From Acidobacteriota bacterium (lineage in GTDB: Bacteria > Acidobacteriota > UBA6911 > RPQK01 > CBDDCF01), in NCBI GenBank assembly GCA_965225995.1, contig CBDDCF010000030.1:36101-100100 (forward strand): 64,000 nt of DNA. The letters run 5' to 3'. This document shows positions 37,127 through 45,835 of the stretch, one piece after another. Made by a program: the position numbers and the translations under genes. Numbering within the stretch: the first letter of the stretch is position 1; each line of letters opens with the position of its first letter. Under the pieces are notes generated by a model that had not been told where the DNA came from, did not search any database, and saw only the letters and a program-made list of their open reading frames with translations.

Positions 37127-38305
37127 ATGCGGCGTTATCCTGTTCTTTCACTGGCCTGGACTGTCACGTTCTTGTCCCTCTCTCTGGGGCAATTGACTGC
37201 TCAAGAGGCGTCTTCACCACAGCTCGAAAAGATCATCCTCAATCCCGGATTCAAGATCGACCTCTACGCAGGTAACGTACGAAATGCCCGTTCCCTCGTA
37301 AGATCTCCCGAAGGGGTTCTGTTTGTAGGCACGCGCAGCGCCGGCTTCGTCTGGGCGGTGGTGGATTCGAATGGCGACCACCAGGCGGACCGTATCGTGC
37401 AGATTGCTGAAGGACTCCTGATGCCTAACGGAGTGGCCTACCGCGACGGATCACTCTACGTGGCCGAGATAAACCGGATTCTGCGCTATGACAATATCGT
37501 CGAGCGGCTAGACAATCCGCCAACCCCGGTTGTGTTGAACGACAGCCTGCCGAAGGATCGTCACCACGGGTGGAAGTTCATCGATTTCGGTCCCGATGGC
37601 AAGCTCTATGTCCCGGTGGGAGCCCCTTGCAATATCTGCGAACGCCTGGACGATGATCGCTATGCTTCTCTCCTGCGGATGAATCCCGACGGGACCGGCC
37701 TCGAAGTCTTTGCCAAAGGGATTCGGAATACGGTCGGCTTCGCCTGGCATCCCACAACGGGAGACGTCTGGATCACCGACAATGGTCGCGACTGGATGGG
37801 GGACAATATGCCTCCCGATGAGCTGAACCGGGCCACCCGGTCGGGCATGCATTTTGGATTTCCCTATTGCCATGGCGGATTCATGGCTGACCCAGAATTC
37901 GGATCCATACGGGGTTGTGACGAATTGACTCCGCCAGCACAAAACCTGGCTCCCCATGTGGCAGCCCTGGGAGCCGAGTTCTACACCGGAGCCATGTTCC
38001 CCAAGGAATACCGGAATCAGCTCCTCATTGCCGAGCATGGTTCCTGGAACCGTGCCCTTCCCCTCGGTTTTCGAGTCACTCTGGCCCGTATCCAAGACAA
38101 CACCAAAGTTGTGAACTATGAGGTGTTTGCTGAAGGATGGCTGGCGGGGGAAGAGGTCTGGGGACGTCCGGTGGATCTGCTGCAGCTACCCGATGGATCC
38201 CTACTTCTCTCGGATGACCAGGTGGGCGCGATCTATCGAATCAGCTACGATGCTGCGCTGGCCCTCGAGCAGGCCCCGGGTCCGCGCCGTCGCGGCGGCG
38301 ATTAG
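37127..38305 (+). CDS. PQQ-dependent sugar (sorbosone/glucose) dehydrogenase-like beta-propeller, secreted
   Basis: Signal peptide. Length and the HGG, DNGRD and PDG motifs are typical of soluble quinoprotein dehydrogenase family proteins. Confidence 0.55.
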   Translation: MRRYPVLSLAWTVTFLSLSLGQLTAQEASSPQLEKIILNPGFKIDLYAGNVRNARSLVRSPEGVLFVGTRSAGFVWAVVDSNGDHQADRIVQIAEGLLMPNGVAYRDGSLYVAEINRILRYDNIVERLDNPPTPVVLNDSLPKDRHHGWKFIDFGPDGKLYVPVGAPCNICERLDDDRYASLLRMNPDGTGLEVFAKGIRNTVGFAWHPTTGDVWITDNGRDWMGDNMPPDELNRATRSGMHFGFPYCHGGFMADPEFGSIRGCDELTPPAQNLAPHVAALGAEFYTGAMFPKEYRNQLLIAEHGSWNRALPLGFRVTLARIQDNTKVVNYEVFAEGWLAGEEVWGRPVDLLQLPDGSLLLSDDQVGAIYRISYDAALALEQAPGPRRRGGD

Positions 38306-38375
38306 AGTTCGGCTGAAATGCGATCGCAGAGTGTTGTGTTGCAATCCGGAGATCAACTCAAGCCCGACTACAAAG

Positions 38376-38450
38376 CTTTTATTTTCAATAAGATCGCCGC
38401 CTGGGAAGGCACCTCCCACGGTTTTGAAACTCTGTTCTCCTGAAAGGCAG
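38376..38450 (+). repeat. Partial copy (~75 bp) of the ~265-bp structured repeat
   Basis: AGATCGCCGCCTGGGAAGGCACCTCCCACGGTTTTGAAAC matches the core of the copies at 25413-25478 and 52395-52460. Confidence 0.45.
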
Positions 38451-38522
38451 AATTGCGATTCTGGCTAGTTTTGAGACAGCTTGAAGATGCCTGCGTTACT
38501 TTGGCAGGCAGGGATGCCTGCG

Positions 38523-40297
38523 CTACTTTAGCTTAGGTAAGACCGCCAGCCGAAGCTCTTCTAACTGCTCTGGAGTCACCGGCGAGGGCGCCCCTGACAT
38601 CAGATCGAGAGCACGGGCCGTCTTGGGAAAAGCGATCACCTCGCGTAGCGAAGACTCCCCGGCCAACAGCATGGCGATCCGATCCAGGCCAAGAGCGATT
38701 CCTCCATGGGGAGGGGCACCGTAGCGTAGTGCTTCCAAGAAGAAACCGAAGCGCAGGTCGGCTTCCTCGTCCTGGATCCCCAAGAGCTGGAAGATCTTCC
38801 GCTGGACCTCGGTCTGATGGATTCGGATGGAGCCTCCGCCAATTTCGGAGCCGTTCAAGACGACGTCATAGGCCTGGGCGAGGGCAGCACTTGGATCAGT
38901 TTTCAAGAGAGCTTGATCTTCAACCCGCGGCGCCGTGAAAGGGTGATGGAGTGAGTAGTATCGACCATCAGCCTCATTCCATTCCAAGAGTGGAAAATCT
39001 TGAACCCAGAGAAGGTTCCAGGCGTCGGGAATCAGATTTCGCTGAGTGGCGACATGGGAACGCAGGGCCGCCAACGAATCATTGACTACCTTGGGCTGAC
39101 CCGCCACGATCAAGAGGATGTCCCCGGTTTTCGATCCTGCCAGCCGGCAAACTCGCTCCAATTCGGGCTCGGTCACCACCTTGGGAAGTGAGCTGCGGAT
39201 ACCTTCCGGGAGGTGTTGGATCCACGTCAGAGCCTGGGCTCCGAAAGCTTTGATGAATTCTCCGAGCTGGTCGAGCTGTTTTCGACTGAGTTCGGTTCCC
39301 CCTTCGAGGCAGATTCCCTTGATTTGTCCTCCACTCTCGAGAATGCTCCGAAAGATCCGAAACTGGCTGCTCTCGAAACCACCACTCAAATCGACTAATT
39401 CCAATCCGTATCGGGTGTCGGGCCGGTCGGTGCCGAAGCGTTCGACCGCTTCGTGGTAGCTCAGACGCGGGAAGGGAAACGGGAATCTCGACGCCGATCA
39501 GCTGGAAGAGATCGGCCAGCAGGCTTTCGACCGTGCTCAAGACAATCTCGCGGTTCACGAAAGACATCTCGATGTCGATTTGTGTGAATTCGGGCTGACG
39601 ATCGGCCCTTAGATCCTCGTCGCGGAAGCAGCGTACGATCTGGAAGTAGCGATCGAATCCCGAGATCATCAGGATCTGCTTGAAGATCTGTGGGGATTGA
39701 GGAAGCGCATAGAAGTGTCCCCTCTTGGAGCCGGCTCGGTACCAGGTAGTCGCGAGCCCCCTCCGGAGTCGATTTCGTCAAGAAGGGAGTTTCAATTTCC
39801 AAGAAACCCTGTGCGTCGAGATGCTTCCGAACGCTGAGAGCGATCTGATGACGGAGTTTCAAGTTCCTCTGGAATTGCGGGCGACGCAGATCGAGATAGC
39901 GATAGCGAAGCCTATTTTCTTCGCTGATAGCGGCTTTTTCGCTGAGCGAAATGGGAGGAGTATCGGATCGGTTTAGCAGTACGACTTTTTTGGCCAGAAC
40001 TTCGATCTCGCCGCTCGGCATGTCCGGGTTGACTGTTTCAGGAGAGCGATGAACGACCTCTCCCTGAACCAGGACGACGAACTCCGAGCGCATCTGCTTG
40101 GCGGTTTCGAAGGCTTCCACGGATTCGGAATTCACGGTCACCTGAACGATCCCTTCCCGATCCCGTAAGCTCAGGAAAATGAGGTTGCCCAGGTCTCTGC
40201 GATTGTGGACCCAGCCCATGAGAGTAACCTGGCTCGAGGCGTCAGATGCACGCAAGAGTCCACAATAGTTGGTTCTCGAAGACGTGGTTTGATTCAT
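38523..40297 (-). pseudogene. aspS: Aspartyl-tRNA synthetase, interrupted by at least two frameshifts (pieces 40297->~39730, ~39669->~39490, 39404->38523)
   Basis: N-terminal piece with anticodon-binding region and [25 protein letters not shown]. Middle piece [52 protein letters not shown] in another frame. C-terminal piece with motif 3 GGIALGLDRIAM in a third frame. The first shift is at a CCCC run (~39730). Confidence 0.85.
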
Positions 40298-40342
40298 GCA
40301 AGATTCTCCAGCTCGACCACTACTCGGACAGGATCTTCACAA

Positions 40343-41620
40343 TCAAGAAGACAGCCGATCGAGCAAAGTCGCTGTCAGTGACTCCCGACTGACTGGGATC
40401 TGCTCTCCATCCAGCATCTGTTTGAGAACCATTTCTCCCGACTGCAGCTCATTCTCGCCGAGCACGCAAGTGAAGCGCGCCCCAACTCGATTGGCCCACC
40501 TCAATTGAGCCTTGAGCGATCGGGCCGCGAAGTCGACTTCGACCCGGATGCCGTGCTCGCGTAAGGACTTCTGCAGAGACAGTGCCGCTCGAAAAGTCTC
40601 TTCGTCGAAATAGATCAAGATCAGATCTGGAACCGGTAGCTGGAAAGGCGACTGAATACTGTCGCGCCCGGAGAGTAACAGCACGAGTCTCTCCAATCCC
40701 ATGGCAAAGCCGAATCCTCGAGTCGCAGTTCCCCCCAAGATTTCTGCCAGGCCATCGTACCGACCCCCTCCAACCAGAGCATTCTGGGTGGGTCCCAACT
40801 GGTCGCTGATGATTTCGAAAGTAGTTCGAACGTAATAGTCGAGCCCCCGAACCAGTCGGGGCTCCTCCGCATACTCGAGCCCGTGCAAATCGAGGTAGCT
40901 CTTGAAGCCGGCATAATGCGTTTGGCATTCCTCACACCAGTGCTGGTCGATGGTTGGCAGCTCGGCAATCCAGGGCTGACAACTGGGAACTTTGCAGTCG
41001 AAAATGCGGAGCGGGTTGCTTTCCAGGCGCCGATGGCACTGTCCGCATAGCTGGTCCAGTCACCAGAAGCGCCTGGCGCCGCAGTAGAGCGACAAAAGCT
41101 GGCCGGCAGTTTGCGCAGCCCACCGAATTCACGAGCAGACGGTACTCCCGCAACCCCATCCGGCTCAAAAAGCCAGTCAGCATTTCGAGGACCTCGGCTT
41201 CGACAGCTGGGATGGTCCCGTTCCCAGGACTTCGGCCCCCAGTTGGTGAAACTGGCGGTAGCGACCCTTCTGGGGACGTTCGCGTCGAAACATTGGACCC
41301 ATGTAGTAGAGTTTGATAGTCGAGGAGAGGGCCTGCAGATTGTGCTCCAGATAGGAGCGAACTACTGGCGCAGTGCCCTCTGGTCTCAGGCTCATGCGGT
41401 TTCCGCGAGTATCTTCGAGAGTGAACATCTCCTTTTGGACGATGTCGGTCTCGCCTCCGATACTGCGTGTGAAGAGTTCGGTCTCTTCCAATACAGGGGT
41501 CCGAATCTCGTCAAATCCATAGCGCGGAAAGAGTGCACGGACAGTGGATTCGATCCGCTGCCACAGCTCGACTGAGCCGGGCAGAATGTCGTGTGTCCCC
41601 CGGATTGATCTGACGTCCAT
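40343..41620 (-). pseudogene. hisS: Histidyl-tRNA synthetase, interrupted by at least two frameshifts (pieces 41620->~41180, 41183->40932, 40888->40343)
   Basis: N-terminal MDVRSIRGTHDILP...LRPEGTAPVVRSY...FRRERPQKGRYRQFHQLGAEVLG. Middle LSRMGLREYRLLVNSVGC in a second frame. C-terminal GLDYYVRTTFE...GGGRYDGL and the anticodon-binding domain in a third frame. Confidence 0.8.
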
Positions 41621-41655
41621 GATGATCTTCCCCGAAAAGCATGCATTATAGCTTG

Positions 41656-41760
41656 TAACTCCCAACTCCCAACTCCCAACCGGAGGGGGGCCGTATCCAA
41701 GTCGGCGGTACCCATGCCCGCAGACTTATTTGTGAGTTGGTAGTTGGGACTTGGGAGTTA
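41656..41760. repeat. Large hairpin built from (CTCCCAA)n arms with a ~50-nt loop, between comE-like and hisS
   Basis: Left arm TAACTCCCAACTCCCAACTCCCAAC; right arm GTGAGTTGGTAGTTGGGACTTGGGAGTTA. Related to the 22490-22580 hairpin. Confidence 0.5.
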
Positions 41761-42349
41761 TTCCCAATGTCTGACGCAGTTGGTGGGCGGATTCGGCTAT
41801 TGAATCCCGCAGGAAAGGCTCAGTAACGTCCGGGCCACGTCGGATTGGGCCCTCCTTTCCCGGCCGGATGTGGGCCTGGGCGAAACGGGGACCGGTAAGG
41901 TGGATCAGGGCTTCGATGTCCGCCTCGACCTGCTCTGCGCGATGCCACTCGAAAGTGTGGGGGATACCGGCGGCTCGAGCCATCGCAGCCAGTTGGAGTT
42001 TTCCGATGGCCGGAACAGCCTGATTGCCGGTGATCTCGTAGACTCCATTCTGCAGCACCACCAGGATCAGATTGGCCAGCTCGGCTTCCGAGATAGTGGC
42101 CAGAGTGCCCAGGCTCATGAGCATACTGCCGTCACCGTTCAAGCAGAGGATCTGCCGTTCCGGTCGAGCCAGAGCCAGCCCCAGAGCCAGGTCTGCGGTA
42201 TGTCCCATGGCGCTATCAGCCGACACGAAGTCGAGCTCGGGACGAGCCGACAGCCAGCCCCAGGTTCGCACCGCTCCCATGGTTGTCACCACCACTTCAT
42301 CGGTCCGGCTCCGACCCAGGATTGTGAGGAACTCCTCTCTTTCCATCAT
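41726..42349 (-). CDS. TPP-dependent decarboxylase beta subunit (ComE-like: sulfopyruvate/phosphonopyruvate decarboxylase C-terminal TPP-binding domain)
   Basis: GDGSMLMSLGTLATI TPP-binding motif. Start overlaps the stop of the upstream alpha-subunit gene. Confidence 0.55.
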   Translation of the reverse strand: MMEREEFLTILGRSRTDEVVVTTMGAVRTWGWLSARPELDFVSADSAMGHTADLALGLALARPERQILCLNGDGSMLMSLGTLATISEAELANLILVVLQNGVYEITGNQAVPAIGKLQLAAMARAAGIPHTFEWHRAEQVEADIEALIHLTGPRFAQAHIRPGKEGPIRRGPDVTEPFLRDSIAESAHQLRQTLGITPKSQLPTHK

Positions 42350-42897
42350 AGCGAGGTTGCCGCGATTCCAGCCTCGACCAGAACAGCCGCGGGATGTTGG
42401 TGAAGCTGAGCCCACTGCGAGGCCTTCTCAATGCAGCCTATATCGTGGTCTTGACGCAGGCTCCAAAAAGGGATTCCCCATCCTCGCAATGTGGGCTCTG
42501 TCAACAGAGATACCGAGTCGATTCCGGGGTCGGAGAGATCATCCCGACGGGGAGGGTCCGAGAGGCTTACGCGCCGTGAGGCTGGGAGATTCGCATAGCC
42601 CCGGCAGGTGACGAGGCTGAGTACCGGAATCCTCATTCGAACCAGTGTTCCGCGTAAACTGTCGCCACTCTCCAACAGCCCTGTGTTCTGAATCAACACG
42701 CTGGGAGTCTTGCCCCCGATCCATAGGCCAGCCGCTATCGCGAAAGCTTCCCCTTCGCGGGTTACGGTCAGGTTCTGAATCGCAGCTTGTAGATTCAACT
42801 CGCTGTGCAGAGCCGCCGAAGCATTGTCCGGAATCCCCACCACATGAGTCACTCTCAAACTGCGGAGCGCTCCGAGTACGAGCTTGGCAGTGAGCAT
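42346..42897 (-). CDS. TPP-dependent decarboxylase alpha subunit (ComD-like N-terminal pyrimidine-binding domain)
   Basis: TPP_enzyme_N-like domain: VTHVVGIPDNASAAL...EGEAFAIAAGLWIGGKTPSVLIQNTG. Confidence 0.55.
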   Translation of the reverse strand: MLTAKLVLGALRSLRVTHVVGIPDNASAALHSELNLQAAIQNLTVTREGEAFAIAAGLWIGGKTPSVLIQNTGLLESGDSLRGTLVRMRIPVLSLVTCRGYANLPASRRVSLSDPPRRDDLSDPGIDSVSLLTEPTLRGWGIPFWSLRQDHDIGCIEKASQWAQLHQHPAAVLVEAGIAATSL

Positions 42898-43203
42898 GGA
42901 TTAATATCTCCGTCTCTTCAATTGGCCCTGGGGGGAGAGCGACGCGGTTCCGTTGATCCGCTGTTCGTCGCTCCCCCGGGAGTGTAAACTGTCTCTCTTC
43001 CGAGAGCCAGGTAGCCCGGTGGAACTGACCTGATTTTGCGCCCCCGGCGCCTTGCAGCAAACTTTCAAACAAGTGCTTGAGAGTTGTGCCATGAAGTTCA
43101 CTGGGAATCGATAACCGGACCCTGGCGTTGCAGTGCTGGCTCTCAGAGCGCCAAGCGGCAGCGCGAGCGCGGGAAAGCGTGTGCCGGACATGAGCGTCCC
43201 GGC

Positions 43204-45180
43204 TCATCTTTGTAACGACATTAGTCGTGTGAAGATGGCCCGGACTGTCGGCGTCAGTCGACCTCGATTGTAGGCATCTCCACATTGGCGGATCGCTTCG
43301 GCGGCCGTTGGGTAGGGGTGAATCACACTGGCCAGCTTCCCGAGCCCCATTCCGGCCTGGATGGCGACACTGATCTCACTAATCAGCTCTCCGGCGTGGG
43401 GTCCGACGACGGTGGCTCCCAGGATCTCGTCCTTCCCTTTTCTCACATGGATCTTGACGAACCCGGAAGTCTCGCCGTCCACGATTGAACGATCCACCTC
43501 CGAGAAATCGTGGCGGAAGGTTTGGTACTCGACTCCCTGCTCCTCCAGATCCCTTTCGTAGAGTCCCACGTGAGCTACTTCGGGATCGGTATAGGTCGAC
43601 CAGGGGATGAGCAGGGAGGAAAACTTGTCCCGACCCAGGAAGAGAGCATTCCGGATCACCAGCCGGGCCATGAAATCGGCCACATGGGTGAACTGGAACT
43701 GGGTGGCGACATCGCCGGCCGAATAGACGTTGGGATTGCTCGTCTGAAGCCGATCATTGACCTTGATCCCGCTCCGGGTATCAAAATCGATTCCGGCTTC
43801 CTGCAGCCCCAGATTATCGACAGTCGGCTTTCGGCCAGCCGCAACCAACAGCTGATCGAATTCGAGCGACCGCTGCAGCCCGGCTTGTTCGAAGATCACT
43901 CGAATGGGTCCATCCAGGCCCTGGCTCTCAATCGAGGAGTAGCTCACTGAATATTCAAAGATCACACCGTCTTCGCGCAGACTGGCAGCCACAACGTCGG
44001 CAGCCTCCGGGTCCTCCTTGGGAAGGATTCCTGCCCGACGAGAGAATACCGTCACGGCCGATCCCAGGCGAGAGAAAGCTTGTGCCAGCTCGAGCCCGAT
44101 TGGGCCAGCGCCGATCACCCCCAGGCGGGGAGGCAGTTGGGTCAGGTTGAAGACCGACGCATTGGTTAAGAACGGGGATTCCCGAAGTCCCGGAATGGAG
44201 GGAATCGCCGCCGTTCCTCCTGTGGCGATCACGGCCTTGGAAAAACGCAGGGTCTCGCCGTTGACCCGGACCGAATCAGGGCCGCTAAAAGTGCCTCTTC
44301 CCAGAAAGACGTCGACCCCGAGTCTGGCAAATCGCTCGGCCGAGTCATGCGGAGCGATGTCGGCTCGAATCCGACGGAGTCGTTCCATCACGGCCGGGAA
44401 GTCGACCGATACCTGTCCATCGATTCGGATCCCGAATTCTGCGGCCCGTTTTACAGCCGCTGCCGCTCGCGCACATCGAAGCAAGGCCTTGGAGGGCACG
44501 CATCCTACGGTGAGACAATCCCCACCCAAGAGATGAGACTCGATCAGAGCGACCCGGGCTCCCAGGCCGGCTGCCGCAGCTGCCGACACCAGTCCACCCG
44601 TTCCCCCTCCAAGCACGACCAGATTGTACCGTTCCGCAGGGTTAGGGGCCTCCCACCGAGCGGGATGAGCGTGATCGAGAAGCCGGGTATTGTGATCGTC
44701 GAGGGGAGCGATGCCAATCTCTTCCAAATCTTCGGCGGGGAACTCTCCCAGCCTGTCATCCCGCTCCGGCAGTCGCGGTTGCAGCGAATCAGCAGTCGGA
44801 CCGGTCGGGCCCAGAAAATCGGCCCAACTAACCTTGCTTCCATCCGATCTTGTAGCCACCTGACCGTGTTCTTCGTCTTTGGCAAAGCGGTAGAATAAAT
44901 AGTCATCCCGGAAGGGATGAGCCTGCTGAACATGATGGAAGATACCGGCACTGAGCAGAATGTTTCCGATCCGCAAAGCGTCTGCGATATCGCTGGCGAA
45001 ACCTTCACGAATCAGCACCTGAACGGCCTCGCTTCCCACGAAGCATTTGAGGTAGGACTTGGCCGGAAATCCGTGCTTTCGGTCCGCAATATCGAATAAC
45101 TGATGAGTGCGTTGGGCCAGAGCCTCTAGTTCGTTTTTCGAAAATTGGGCCTCTTCCCCTGGGCGATCCTGCTGTGTCAT
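43204..45180 (-). CDS. Pyridine nucleotide-disulfide oxidoreductase (class I flavoprotein disulfide reductase) with N-terminal DEP-like domain
   Basis: Redox-active GGDCLTVGCVPSK, two FAD/NAD Rossmann GxGxxG motifs, C-terminal dimerisation domain. The N-terminal ~190 aa contain FPAKSYLKCFVGSEAVQVLIREGF...LRIGNILLSAGIFHHVQQAHPFRDDYLFYRF, which matches the DEP-domain consensus. Confidence 0.65.
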   Translation of the reverse strand: MTQQDRPGEEAQFSKNELEALAQRTHQLFDIADRKHGFPAKSYLKCFVGSEAVQVLIREGFASDIADALRIGNILLSAGIFHHVQQAHPFRDDYLFYRFAKDEEHGQVATRSDGSKVSWADFLGPTGPTADSLQPRLPERDDRLGEFPAEDLEEIGIAPLDDHNTRLLDHAHPARWEAPNPAERYNLVVLGGGTGGLVSAAAAAGLGARVALIESHLLGGDCLTVGCVPSKALLRCARAAAAVKRAAEFGIRIDGQVSVDFPAVMERLRRIRADIAPHDSAERFARLGVDVFLGRGTFSGPDSVRVNGETLRFSKAVIATGGTAAIPSIPGLRESPFLTNASVFNLTQLPPRLGVIGAGPIGLELAQAFSRLGSAVTVFSRRAGILPKEDPEAADVVAASLREDGVIFEYSVSYSSIESQGLDGPIRVIFEQAGLQRSLEFDQLLVAAGRKPTVDNLGLQEAGIDFDTRSGIKVNDRLQTSNPNVYSAGDVATQFQFTHVADFMARLVIRNALFLGRDKFSSLLIPWSTYTDPEVAHVGLYERDLEEQGVEYQTFRHDFSEVDRSIVDGETSGFVKIHVRKGKDEILGATVVGPHAGELISEISVAIQAGMGLGKLASVIHPYPTAAEAIRQCGDAYNRGRLTPTVRAIFTRLMSLQR

Positions 45181-45423
45181 AAGTGAACTCCTTATTCGCG
45201 ATGAGTCGGAACCCGCAGTGTAACCTTACAGAACGAACCCCCGATTTCGCCGGCCCATCCCCCTGCCGCGCACACTCCTAGGCACCTACCCACGTTCTTT
45301 GTGGCCTCCTCGTCGGTTTGAGGCAGGATTATCGGAGCGCCGTGTCCTCAGCCCGGGGCCTGCCCTCCGAAGCCTTGGCGAAGGGCGGCGGGGAGAATTG
45401 ATCGGCAGTGAAACGTAGTTCTC

Positions 45424-45440
45424 CTATTGAACCCCAATAG
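45424..45440 (+). promoter_or_regulatory. Palindrome CTATTGAACCCCAATAG ~40 bp upstream of padR; candidate PadR operator
   Basis: Perfect 6-bp inverted arms CTATTG/CAATAG. A second half-site-like TCCTATTGG lies at 45457-45465. Confidence 0.3.
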
Positions 45441-45478
45441 AACTTTTCGCGTATCCTCCTATTGGTGGGTAATATGAA

Positions 45479-45823
45479 ATGAAGAAGCAACGCTCGGAAC
45501 TCCTCCAGGGAACCCTCACCCTCTTAATCCTACGCACGCTGGCGCTCGGAGCTCTACATGGCTATGGGATTTCGCAGCGTCTCGGCCAGATGACTGAAGG
45601 TGTCTTCAGCGTAAATGTGGGGACGATCTTTCCAGCCCTCCACAAGCTGGAACAAGAGGGCTATCTGAAAGGCTACTGGGGACGTACCGAAAACAATCGA
45701 CGGGCCCGTTTCTACCAACTCACCCGGCCTGGCGCGCGCCGTCTGCGTGCCGAAGAAGAGGGCTGGAAGCGAGTCACGAGTGCAATCGGCAAAGTTCTGG
45801 AAGCAACTCGGGTGATGCCCTGA
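45479..45823 (+). CDS. PadR-family transcriptional regulator
   Basis: Winged HTH: LTLLILRTLALGALHGYGISQRL ... LEQEGYL. Confidence 0.8.
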   Translation: MKKQRSELLQGTLTLLILRTLALGALHGYGISQRLGQMTEGVFSVNVGTIFPALHKLEQEGYLKGYWGRTENNRRARFYQLTRPGARRLRAEEEGWKRVTSAIGKVLEATRVMP

Positions 45824-45835
45824 CGAGGACAAGCA

